A stretch of DNA of 64,000 bases from Chara braunii (Eukaryota; Plantae; Charophyceae), in NCBI GenBank assembly GCA_003427395.1, contig BFEA01000003.1, positions 8,803,657-8,867,656 on the forward strand, read 5' to 3'. The notes under the pieces are model-generated. The model was not told the DNA's origin. It saw only the letters and a list, made by a program, of their open reading frames with translations, and made no database searches. This document shows positions 1 through 11,430 of the stretch, in pieces (within the stretch, counting starts at the first letter, position 1; each line of letters starts with the position of its first letter). The translations under genes and the position numbers were made by a program.

Positions 1-19
1 TGGCCGCGCCTGTCCGCCG

Positions 20-340
20 CCGGGGGGTGTTCATAACTCTTAATCCATTTTACCATTAGCGTTGTGGTCTGAGTACCAGGGTCCAAAATCCCCAAGCCCC
101 CTTTATCTCTGGGTTGGATTACCGATAGCCAGGCCACCCTGTTGATAACGTTCGGAAGCTTGTTGTTGCCTCACCACAGCATGGCCGTTATTTGCCACCT
201 GAGCGACCACACTGCATCCTTGCTAAGTGCCCATACTGCAGACTTGTACCATGGAGCAGCTAGCACAACACTATTGATCACGAACGCCCTACCAATCAAG
301 GAGGTATGTTGATCATTCCAGCACACCAGATTCTCCAGTG
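20..340 (-). mobile_element. L1/Tx1-like LINE ORF2 fragment (post-RT region), degraded
   Basis: Minus-strand translation gives TSLIGRAFVINSVVLAAPWY...MLW and GLGILDPGTQ, the LSxxGRxxxINS and GGLGI motifs C-terminal to L1-clade RT. The same motifs occur in the LINE at about 33190-33430. Confidence 0.7.
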
Positions 341-1570
341 CGGGGTCTCCGACCACATCTAAAACCTCCCATGGTTCGAAATANTGGGGCATGAACTTGC
401 AAGAAATTTTGTGCTCTTGCCCAAGTTCAGACGACTTTACCCAGACTCTATCCCCAACCTGGAATGCAGACGGGCGACGATGTTTGTTTTCAGATTCTAT
501 CATAGCCGCCTGTGCTTTGTGCATTTGCTCCACTGCTTGCTGCATGAGGCTTTCATACCGGTAAGCANAATCTAATGTACCAGGCGCAACAGTGGGCTGG
601 TTCTCAGGCAGTAAGAAATCTAGAGGCAGTTGAGGCTTGAAAGTTAGTAGCAGATTGTTGGGGCTCACCCCTGTTGCGCTGTGCACAGTGTTGTTGTACA
701 NACTGGCGACGAGAGCGAGTTTCTCATCCCAGTNCACCTAGTTAGGCTTGATATAGTGCCTCAACAGGTGTTGTACAACATGGTTCAGCTGCTCTGCTAA
801 GCAACTTGTCAGAAATCGATCTTAGATTTCTGGCATTATATTATAGTGGACTCCTTCCTGAGCCTTTGAGAACATTTACCTACGGACAAGCTATCGGTAC
901 CTTTATTTTATTTTATTTATGGTAAGTCCTAGGTATTCACCACATTGTTGCAGTGGTGTGGTTGCAAACATCTAGCACAGCGGCGCACAGTTCATTAAGA
1001 AAGCGTGAGCTGTTATTAACACATTATAAAGTTGCCCGTTTGCCTCTAGGTGGTTTCCAGTGGTCATCTGCAGCTGTGTCCCCTGTTCAGCAGCTGCAGC
1101 TTTCCACATCTCACTAGTAAATCGCATATCCCGGTCACTGACAATATACTTTGGCAGTCCAAAATCTCTGACCCAATTCTCTTTAAGCAGCTTAATCACG
1201 TACTCGGTTTTGGCTGTCTCGGGCATTGCGAATAACCTAGCATACTTATTTAACCTATCCAAAATGATAAAGACGTATCGCATACCGCTCTTGCTGGTGA
1301 CCAGCGTGTCCATGAAATACATGGACAGGCTCTCACCGGGCCTTTCCGGAATCGGAAAGGGCTTGAGAAGCCGAAGAGGGGCCTTTGTACGTGGCATGTC
1401 TCTCTGACACACCTGACAAGTTTCCACGTACAACTTGGCATCTCTCATCATTGTGGGCCACCAGAACTGCTGCAGCAAGTTTGCTGCAGTCTTCTTATAG
1501 CCAAAATGTCTTGTGGCATCATGACACTCTTCTACCCTTCACTGCCCGTCTCCTCCTCCCGCCAGTTGCT
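341..1570 (-). mobile_element. Ty3/gypsy integrase remnant with a ~233-bp insertion
   Basis: ORF 972-1478: CQVCQR zinc finger, SLSMYFMD, IVSDRD, GNHLEANGQ. ORF 345-737: YNNTVHSATG, NKHRRPSAFQVGDRVWV. Insertion at about 798-1031 splits ANGQ/AEQLN. Confidence 0.85.
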
Positions 1571-4500
1571 CACCTTACTTCACCCTCGACTGATCTATGT
1601 CTTTCCCCTTCTTGCCAGTTTGGAGGGGGCTCCTCTTTATCACTGTGTACTTATCCATCATCCCCATGTTCTGCCACTGCTGCTCTATCGAGTGTCCAGC
1701 AATTCTGATTTTTTACTTGCACAGCAGTATGGTTTTTGTAACCACGGTGTCAAACAATTCTTGTTCTGTGACCCAATGGAAAGAGCATGGGAATTTTCCT
1801 TAGTTTTCATCATCTGTTGCTGGTCGAACAGAAGCAGTATTGGGAGGGAGACCTGCAGTGAGGGGATACCTTCTGGTTGAACAGAAGCATGCCTTTTACT
1901 TGCGGGTCGGAGTGCAGGTGGGTGGCTTGTATCAGCTCATCCCCTGGGAGGAGCTGGTTTTTCCGGCCGTCTATTGTCATTCCTGCCAGGGTCTTCCCAG
2001 AGGGCAGGGGAAGAGGTGGGATTCTGTCAGAGCCCCAAATTGTGTTCTGAGCCCGCGGATCCAACCTCGGTCGTTGTCCTCTTTAGCAACTGGGCTAAGG
2101 AATGTGCCCTGTGTTAGGGGGGGAATGGGCGGCCACCACTTCTAACCAGTCTCTGATCCTGCCCTGAGTGATTGTTCTTGGCTTGTTCTGCTCGGCCTAG
2201 TGCGGTACAGGTCCCCACAGTGCTTAGGGGAAGGCACAGGGTGGGGGCTTTGTCAGCGTCACGTTCGTCGCTGTCCGAATTTGAGGACCCGTCTTCCTCC
2301 GTGGTTTCCTCCGAGTCGGAGTCTGACAGTGAGATGTACGGTTGATTGCGTCTGCCTCTTCCTAGTTGTCTTGCTGCGGACTGGTGATCTTGAGAGGGTG
2401 GTGACCTGGCGGGGAGGGGTCATGTCTCAGACAGGAACTGCAGTGAGCGGGTGAGGTGGTATGCGTTGTTCCAACAAGGCTGTCACGACTGAGACTGCTC
2501 CCTGATTGAAGTGGATGACTTTCTCTAATTCCAGGATTATGACCTCTGGCCAGCCACATCCCATTTCTGTTCTTGCAGCAGAACGATCTGCGTAACCCCC
2601 GAGACGGACAATTCCAGATTCTTTACTGCGGTGAGAAATTTTGTCTGTCAGAGATTGGATGACTTCAATTAGCGCTTGCCCCACTTGTTGCTAATCAATG
2701 TCACTCGGGTGGCTTGTGGCATTGATTATTTCTATTATTTTATTGTTAGACATAACCGTTTTTCATTTTTTTCCCCCAGTGGAGTGGGGGCATCCTGTCT
2801 TGCAGCAAGATGGCGCCTGGGGAGAGGGAGTTGAGTAAGTTTTTTAGTCTGTTCTTTTATTTTCTGGACTGATATGTCGTGTGCGGTTGTCTCATTTTTT
2901 GACCTGCTTCCCCAGACTCAATTATCGAGCTGTCTGAATCCATATCTGCATCATCCCCCGGTTGTCGGGCCCATGTCTCTTTATTCATGGGAAGCGTACT
3001 AGGCAAGCAGTCTCCCTGTACAGTCAGATCAGCTGGTGTTTGTTGTGGGACGGGGCACTGTCGTTGCAGGTATATTTGTTGCTGTGCGATCTGAATATTT
3101 GTAGAAGTTGGTATTGCCTGTGGCAGGTGTGTCTGCAACAGAGGATATGGCTGCAGTATAAATCCCTGTCCGTGGTGCTGCATATGCAGGTTCGGATGAC
3201 GTTGGGGTGGAACGGATGAGACAGTGCTGCATGCTACTCAGCAGCTCGCTGTTGCAGTGGATACGGCTGTTATCGCAGCAAGCTCGGGCCTGTCTGATCC
3301 AGGTGTTCAGCCGATGGGGGAGCTCCTGCGACTGGTCGATCTGTCAGTGACCCTTGCCATTGCCCTTGCTGATGATGAGAGGGGAGGTGTACGCCCTGCA
3401 ACGAGGTTGGGTCTGTTTAGAGTTGTTCTGTCTGGGGGAGTGCTGCTGGCCAGGTGTCACATGCCATGCCCCGAGGAGTTTCCCTTATGCGTTTGTTTAT
3501 GGCCATTAAACAGTTCATCTTCTGCTTTTTCCCTGTTCTCGGAGGAGTTCCCTGTATTCTTGTGCGACGATGAGGCAAAGATCATGGCACATTTCTTGTG
3601 GGCCCTCCTCAGGTACCTGGGATGGAGCACCCCCATGGTTATTGATAGTTACCGCCTGAGGTGTTATGGGTCGTTGGCAGTCCTCAGCTTCCTCACGTTC
3701 AGCTGGGGAGGCGTGCCCTGTGCAGGTGTCTCCCTGCTGGATCACTGTGACTGGGACTGGGACTGCGACAGGCCTTGGAACCTCACCGTGCTTGCTGTGA
3801 GCCTCTGTGTTGGTCGTCTCTAAAGGCGGTGATTGGGGGGCTGACGGACCCTGGGTGACTTCCTTCTGAATTGTGTGAGTGTGAGTAGCTGAGTGTGACA
3901 TCTGCTGCAGCTGGCGGGTCTGCAGTGGACCTCCCTGTTCTCTCTACTTCCTGTGTTGGGGTTCCTGAGTTCCCATGGATGCTGCCTTTTGTGCACTTCC
4001 CTCATTGGCATTACTGATTGCACCATCTAGACAGTTGGATCTCGAGTCCTCACGGGGATGAGGATGATGGTCTTGCTGGCATCGGGGCCCACGTCAATCC
4101 GAGCAGGCGCCGCTGTTCATCTGATTTTGTTGAGCTGGTTCCGGACTTATGGCGTCCCTTGTTGCCCCACGGATGGCAAGCAGGTGGGGCTTTACTGATG
4201 TCTGTTGGTTCTTTTGGTGCTGTGAGAGGGGTTCGTTCTTCCTTGTTCTGTCCTTCGCCCCCTGAAAAGAGGGTGTTTGGCGAAGAGGTTCGACAGCTTA
4301 CCCGGGGCAGGGGCCGTCACTTCTTAAGCCAGTATTCTATGTTCAGGTCGTCAGACATGGGCCGAGAGACGGTCAGTTGTTTTTCCTTTCTGCGTGTCCC
4401 TTGTGTGGCTGTCAGGAGGCCTGCCCTGGCCCTGACTGTCCACCTGCACGGCTGGTGTGTCTCTGGGCCTGCAGCATCTCGAGGCTGGCTGATCAGTTCT

Positions 4501-4890
4501 TTCGCAGCTGTTATGATTATGTCAGCTATGTAGAGCTGCTCTCTGTCTATGTGCTGTTGCATTTCTCCTACCGCTAGGCCTGCAGCTGGAAGGGCAAGAA
4601 TGTCTGGGATCTGTTATCAATTGTGACGTCTGTGACAGTGGCTCTTCCTTGACCCATGTGACATGTCCACCCCTTCGACCAGCGGTGTTTCACTGTCTAT
4701 GTGCTGCTGTATCTCTCCTGCCGATACCCCAGCAGCAGAGTTTTCGAACTTTTTTCCAGACTTCATGTTTCTTGAATACATCGTGTAATTTGAGGGTCTC
4801 AGACGCTTAACCCTGAAGGCATCGTAATCAAGCCAGGAATCATCCATGATGGATGTTGTGTGAATGTCAGCTGATACTGGCAAGAATTCA
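1570..4890 (-). pseudogene. Long degenerate Q/P/T-rich coding-like remnant, possibly a retroelement ORF1
   Basis: Chain of broken minus-strand ORFs (1810-2064, 2427-2684, 2857-3183, 3515-3901, 4317-4562, 4617-4883) with no recognisable domain. Confidence 0.3.
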
Positions 4891-4904
4891 ACCTTAGAAT
4901 TCTA

Positions 4905-5215
4905 TTTTTGGGTACTATGTCCCAACTGGCTATCTAGTAGGACCTGAGCAGTCCTTTTTCCCCAGCACATATTGGGCACCACACTTGGTGACGACTCTGG
5001 GTCACTGCCCTAGATCGCTCTACCAGGCCTCATGCTCCCACATAGCTACGGGTTAGGGGGTGGCACTACTCACCGCAGGCTGAGTGCCAACCAGCGTCGT
5101 TCTGGCCTCGGCCCGCCTACCTTAGACCACTGAAAGTGACTGCAGCAGGTTTCAAACCCAGCACCTACTTGATGCCGCTCACTGCGCTCAGGCATGAAAC
5201 CTACTGAGCTAGTCG
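4905..5215 (-). mobile_element. tRNA-derived SINE-like element
   Basis: Minus strand: A box TAGCTCAGTAGG (about 5212-5200), B box GGTTTGAAACC (about 5159-5149), body, short A-tail at 4905-4909. Confidence 0.55.
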
Positions 5216-5309
5216 ATGGGACAGGCCAAGTTACAAAGTTGTTTTTTTGAAGATTTTTTTGAACTTTTTTCTATGGGACAGGCTGAGTTTCTTCTTTTTG
5301 TTTTTTGAA

Positions 5310-5985
5310 ATGACTGCGCGGGTGACCGCTGCACAGTTCCAAATTCGCAGCAGGAATAACAGGGCACCGTGGTTCTGGGCCGAGGGCAGTTAGAAACTGC
5401 AAAAAACAGAACAGCTTTGTGCACTTCTAGACATCGGAAGTTCGGAAGTGGCAAAATCAGGCGGCCACTCGTGTTTTTTTTTTTTTTTTTTTCCGGCGCC
5501 TGCGACCTCTTTTCTTTTTATCTTTTTTTTCTTTTTTCTTTCTTTTTTCTTCTTGCGCCTGCATATGCCATGGCCGAGCTGTCTAGGCCACACCCGTGGC
5601 TGGGCCATGGCCGAGATGTCTTGGGCATGCCCATGGCTGGGCCACGGCCGAGATGTCTAGGCCACGCCCATGGCTGGGCCACGGCCGAGATGTCTAGGCC
5701 ACGCCCGTGGGTGGGCCACGGCCGAGATGCCTACGCCACACTACTGGGGAAACAAGCCAAAACGGGAGGGCCTGCTACCATAACTGCTCCCAGGCCAGGC
5801 CACGGGAAAAAGAGCGGTACCACTACCGCCACCTCCCGGTTTTGCCAATTATTGAACCGGTAGGCTGTCAAACGCATGGTTTACTGTTTTTCTTGCAGTT
5901 TCTAACTGGTCTTCGCCCAAACTTGCAATGGACTGTTATTTCAGCGAATGCTGAACTGTGCAGCGGTCACAGGCACAGTTGTCTC
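5310..5985. mobile_element. Foldback/MITE-like element with ~100-bp imperfect TIRs and an internal 37-bp tandem array
   Basis: GTGACCGCTGCACAGTTC...CAGTTAGAAACTGCAA (about 5322-5409) recurs as its reverse complement at about 5883-5970. Confidence 0.7.
5567..5740. repeat. 37-bp GC-rich tandem repeat, ~4.7 copies
   Basis: Unit GCCAYGGCCGAGATGTCTAGGCCACGCCCATGGCTGG starts at 5567, 5604, 5641, 5678 and 5715. Confidence 0.95.
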
Positions 5986-5987
5986 TT

Positions 5988-6117
5988 GTTTTTTTTTAGG
6001 CCAAAGTTAGCGTACTAGAGGGGTTGATAACAGCATCCTCTTCTAGTACACCAAACGAGCGGCCACTCCGTCTATTGGTGGGGAGCATCACCTGCTGGAA
6101 ACCGGGTCCAGCGTCTC
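5988..6117 (-). other. Retroposon 3' cassette (double pseudoknot + hairpin + poly(A))
   Basis: Minus strand: GACGCTGGACCCGGTTTCCAGC-AGGTGATGCTCCCCACCAATAGACGGAGT, then hairpin GTACTAGA..ATGCTGTTATCA..TCTAGTAC and an A-run. Confidence 0.8.
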
Positions 6118-6904
6118 ATTCGAACATGAACAAGAATCAATGACCAGATGAGGAACATAGGACAGTTTGCGACTGGAACTTGTATATCTTCGCCCGATTA
6201 AAGGGCGCCAGATCTATCGCTTACTTACTAGTACTACACAGTCAAGGTTAAAAACAATGAGAAACTGAAAACACCTTAGAAAGCCGCTTTTTTGAAGTTT
6301 CTTTTTTTTTTTTGAATAGCATGGCTTGGGCGAGGTGTCTACTAAGAGGGTTTCTAAGAATCACTCAAACAGTAGTTCCCAAGCGAAGAGGTGACTGCTA
6401 GTGAATGAATTCCACACATGTGGTTAACCAGGGGTGGTATCTTTGGCGAATTTTGCACCGAAACTGTCACATTGCGCTGATTTTTTCCTTTTTTTCTTGT
6501 TTTTCTTTTTGTGTGACATATATGTGCTTTGGGGTACGTCATGTGTCCAGTTTTTACATGTTTGAAACTTTGGATCAATAATGAAAAAGTTGGCATTTCG
6601 TTGAACTCGTTGGACGCTTCATTTTGACTCAGACAGTGTTTTTGTGTTAGGGTTTTATAGTGTTTTTTGTTTTTGTTTTTTTAATCATTGATTAATGGTA
6701 ACTTAAAGGGGGATTCTGCTTTTTTTTTTTTTTTTTTTTTTTTTTTTTNNNNNNNNNNNNNNNNNNNNNNNNNNNNNNNNNNNNNNNNNNNNNNNNNNNN
6801 NNNNNNNNNNNNNAGTTTGAGATACCGGGGCCATTACCCGGCTTTGGCTAAGAAAAATTAGAGCTACTTAGAAAATTACTACGACGAAATTCAGAAATAG
6901 GCAA

Positions 6905-7296
6905 AATTCAGACAACAACTCAGAAACCCCCCACCAATCCTCTTTACCTCACTCCAACAAGACTTACTGCAGCAGAGCCACCATCTCCACTGCTGCTGTA
7001 CCCTATTTCCATCCTACGAGCGAGCCCTCTCACTAGTCGGACGCTTCATATCCCACCATCTACTTCTCCCCACTCACCTCTTTTTTTTGAGAAACAAAAA
7101 CATATGCACAATTCAGAAAAAGACTCAGACCCCCCCAAACAATCCCCTGTACCCCACTCCGGCAAGACTTACTGCAACAGAGCCACCATCTCCACTGCTG
7201 CTGTACCCTATTCCCATCCTACCAGCTAGCCCCCTCACTAGTAGGACGCGTAATATCCCACCATCTCCTTCACCCACTCACCTCGATCTCTTTTTT
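6905..7296. repeat. Diverged tandem duplication of a ~205-bp unit
   Basis: ...CAAGACTTACTGCARCAGAGCCACCATCTCCACTGCTGCTGTACCCTATT... occurs at about 6958 and 7163. Confidence 0.9.
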
Positions 7297-8914
7297 GAGA
7301 TACCGGGGCCATTACCCGGCTTCGGTTGAAAAACGTCTGAAAATACTTCAAAAGGAGAAAGGACGAAAACTAGAACCACTAACAATCCACCTCCTACCCT
7401 CACCACAGATGAAGGACACGTCAATCAGGCTTTCAGTCCTCGTACCAGAAATCATCAGATCTCATACCCCCGGCTAGGGTTACAAGGCAACACAAACTGC
7501 CCCAGTACCGACCTAGCCGTTTTTGACGGACAGAGAGTGCCTTCCCCCTTGACAACTCTCTTAACTGTAAGGCCCCTCAAAAGGTTACAGGGTCACCGTC
7601 CCGGCAACAGCTACGTCGGGCAAGATGGTTATGCCTTCCACCCTCGGCATAACTTCAATGGCCTCAAGCTCCCCTGGTCTCAGAGCAAATGCTCCAGCAC
7701 CGGCCAATGTCGTCCCACCCCACCCTTCTAGTTAGACTTACCACCCTAAACCGTCGATCCCTCTTCTGAATGAGCCCCCCCACTTCCCTCCTGCCTCTAA
7801 TTCGACCTTCCCCTTTTTGTTTACAAAAATTATATCATAACTAAGACGAATTACTTAATAAAAACTGATGGAAAAAATTCTACGCACAAAATCAGAATAC
7901 GAATTTCAAATTTCAGACATAAATTCTTCAAATAGGAAATTAGTCAGGAGAGGAAAAAATTATCCTCTCTTCTGATGTAGGTTTTGACGTTCACCCGGGA
8001 CTCCATAACACGCTCACTGTGTGACCATCGAAGTTACTCCTTCCCTCAAAAAACAACCCCCCTGTTCCTACAATGCCCCCACCGGGAGGCACCCCCTCTC
8101 CTCTCGGCCCCAGTTCGGAACAGCCTGTAAACGGACACTTCAACCCCCTAAAAGGCATACAATTCCCCCTAGAGCATGCCTCACAGGCTGAAGTTCCCCC
8201 TTTCCCTCTGCCCCACCCCTTCTTGGCAAGGCAACCCTCACATCCACACACCCTGTTGTAAGCAGCTTCACCCCCTTGCCTTCTCTCCCCAACCGCCAAA
8301 GCTGATCCGACCCTAAATCAGCCTGGCCCAGAAAAAGACAATCCCACAAAACCGCCTCTCCCCTCCAAGGATAACACCTCCCACCTTGTGAAACCCTCAC
8401 GGGGAGGGTCTCCAACCCTAAAGGAGAACCCCACCAATCGCAAAGCAAGACGTAAATATATGACACAAAGACCCAGGCGCAACTTGGAACACAATTAATA
8501 AAAAAACCAATCAGAATCAGCTTGTTACCGCAACAGTAATAAAAAATAGGAAGTTGAAAATACAGACAGAGATTTTTTAAATGGAAAATTTCTTCGAAAG
8601 CATACTTTTAGAAATTGAAAATTGAAACAGAAAATCCTAAGGAAAAACAGTAGAAAAACGATTATGATGTCCAACCGGACTTTTCTACTCTGATTTCCGG
8701 AACCCAAGGTTCAAGAAATCGCTCAAACCGTAAATCAGGAAGATGCTAATTAGAAAAAAATTATCGTATGAACATCTAGGATTGCAACTAGAAAAGAAAA
8801 ACTAGTAGCACAATTATTGAATCGTCATCATTGGTTAAACGTCAAAGAAAAACTGAATCAGATTATCTTCATTTGAAGGAATATCCAGAATTACGACATA
8901 GAAAAAATAAATGA

Positions 8915-9390
8915 GCAACAAAAAAAATTCCTAGAATTAATTAATCATTCTAGAGTAAAATTATATTTTAAATTTTAAATTTTCATTCCATCTTTAAAAA
9001 TGTCATTCCAATTTTAAAATTTTTCGTCTTACTTGAAAATTTTCCTTCCAAGAATGGGGTATCCCTTCTTATTTGAACTGCATGCTAGAGATGGATTGAA
9101 AGTTTGAATGAGTTCATGAAATATTTTAATTGGACTGTCATTCTAAGTAAGGATTTCCGGTCATAAATAGGTTAATCGAATCTAAATTAGAAGATATTTG
9201 TTCTATTAGAATGAAAGTTTAATTAAAACATTTCATAAACACGTCCAGACTTTCATTCTATCTTGAACAAATAGATGTAGTTGGAAGGGAAAACTCATAT
9301 TTAGACGGGAACTTATCAAATTAAATTGAAAATTTTAAAATTGGACGAACATTGGAATGAAAATTTATAAATCTGAAGGATTTTTTTTGT
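8915..9390. mobile_element. AT-rich MITE-like inverted-repeat element
   Basis: AAATTTTCATTCCA...TCCAATTTTAAAATTTT (about 8977-9024) is matched by its reverse complement at about 9328-9366. The outer A-run at 8919 mirrors the T-run at 9381. Confidence 0.55.
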
Positions 9391-11430
9391 ATGGAATGTT
9401 TTTTCAACTTTCATTTCTCGTGGGAATTTTTCTGTTGAGTGATACACCTACTACAATCGAATAAGAAATTCAGAATAAAAAAGACAAAATTAAAAAAAAA
9501 AATAATTAGATCATCATCATGTAGTGAGCATCAAGGATTATGACATGCGGAGTTTAAGAATCAAGAAAGAGAGGGAAAACAGACAATACAAAGTCAACCA
9601 ATCAGAAAACTATTAAAAACAAAACCCTGAGATCATGTTGACACGTAACCTTCTTCACTCGCAGCAAGCTTCACATGAGATAGCTATGTCCTCTTTCCTC
9701 CTTGAAACATTATTCTCCATGAAGATCAAGACATCAGAACAGGTAAGAGGAGAAACACTAACACACCCCTCCCCCCTTCAAACCTCACCTCCTTGCCTTC
9801 ATCGGCCGTCAAGCACCCGACCGCCTATTGGTCGACTACACCATCGAAAGGCCGGACAATGAAGATAATCAGACCGTAGCCAGGATCACCATCACAGCAG
9901 TCCACGCCACTTCACGAGCACCACAGCTGAGCCTGCCAGCTGCCCCTCGCAGGTAGTTTGAAGAGATGAAAGAGGTAAGATCGTTTCCACTGTTAATCCC
10001 TCTTGATACACCATATAACCCCAAACCTTACCAGATATTCCTCCTCTAATCAAGATATTTCTACACTGGTTGCTCCTTCTCCTTCTTCCACACAGCACGC
10101 GACTCCCTCCTGCTGTCAATTCCTCTTGTCAACAGCCCCTCCTCCATCCTTACACTCCACCTCCACCTCCACCTCCTACTCGCCCGGCGAAAACATTCGT
10201 TTTCTCACACTGCATCACTCTCCTACCCGCGACCACCCCTCTTCGTCACCATACCCGTCATACCAACCCCCCACCATAGCCCCATCTTGCTGCTCTCTCG
10301 ACAATCGCTGCCGATCTTCCTTGTACAAACAGTGCCACGCCGCTGCTTTTCACACGAGCGATGTCGAACGCTCCATCGTACCAGCCCCCCACCATCACCC
10401 CTCCGTGCTGCTCTCTCGTCACTTGCTGCCGATCTTCCTAACTCTGCATTGCTGCTGCACCTCGCATGAGCGATGCCGAAGCCTCCTCATGCCAACCCTG
10501 TCGCGTTCTGGCAGCCACACCCATGAACCGAACTCTGGTGCGGGCGGCGTAGAGCACCCGGTTGCGCTGCGCCGCAGAATGACTCCCTTCTTGAGAACCG
10601 ACTGACCAAATCTGCCTTTGTCAAAGGGGAATTCTGCTTGATAGACGTGTTTGGGCCATTGAGAGATAGATTGCGGGGCGAGGTAAATCCTTCTCCTTGG
10701 AGAGAGAAACAATGCCTCTCGCCCCAGTCTCAAGTGGAGAGGTGTAGACAATGGGAACCCAAGAAGAGGGGATGAAAAAAGGAAAAGGAACGAGGGTGGC
10801 GAGATGCATCTTTTTCCGTATTAATTGTAATTTTATGTGATGCTGGACCCGGTTTCCAGCAGGTGCGGCTCCCCACCAACAGAATGGAGCACTCGTGTCT
10901 GTTAAACCATCAGTACCTTTCCCAGCCAACTTGCTGAAACGCGCCGGTTAAGATACAGTTACAATGGCGCCCGCCCAAAATTACAGTTACACACACGATT
11001 AAGGGCGCCCACTAATCAGAGTACCGTTGCGGCCGCATGAAGAAGTGCGTAGACAAAAGGCGCCGCGCGGCAGAAAAAAATCCTAATTACTGAATTCCTA
11101 AATTCCTATCTGATGCGAAAAAGCAAAAAGCACAATTTTCAGAAGGAAAGTCCAAAATTCCGAGAGTCATCGGGGGGGGGCTCAACAAAATCCGAAAAAG
11201 ATTCAAAAGGAAATTCAAAAAGAACGAAGCAATTTCCCGTGCGGTGTCCGCGCCCAAAAGATCGAAACCGCATCAAAAGAAACGACGTCAACATTTATTA
11301 ATCGCGCGCATGGTGGAGCGCCAGACATCCATCCGACCAATCAATCAACCGACCGTCCTAGGACACACCCAGCTCCGAACCCAACACTCCGTCTCTCCCG
11401 CCCTCCCTCTCTTTCTTTTGCTGAAAATTT

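Noticed and set aside
6836-6853. U2 snRNA-like GGCTTTGGCTAAGA
   Set aside because: Only a short imperfect match; the following U2 branch-recognition sequence is absent.
7425-7465. Hammerhead-like CTGATGA...GAAA on the minus strand
   Set aside because: Stem II lacks a proper closing pair and I could not build stems I and III. Other CTGATGA hits (41997, 48962, 51182) lack the GAAA core.
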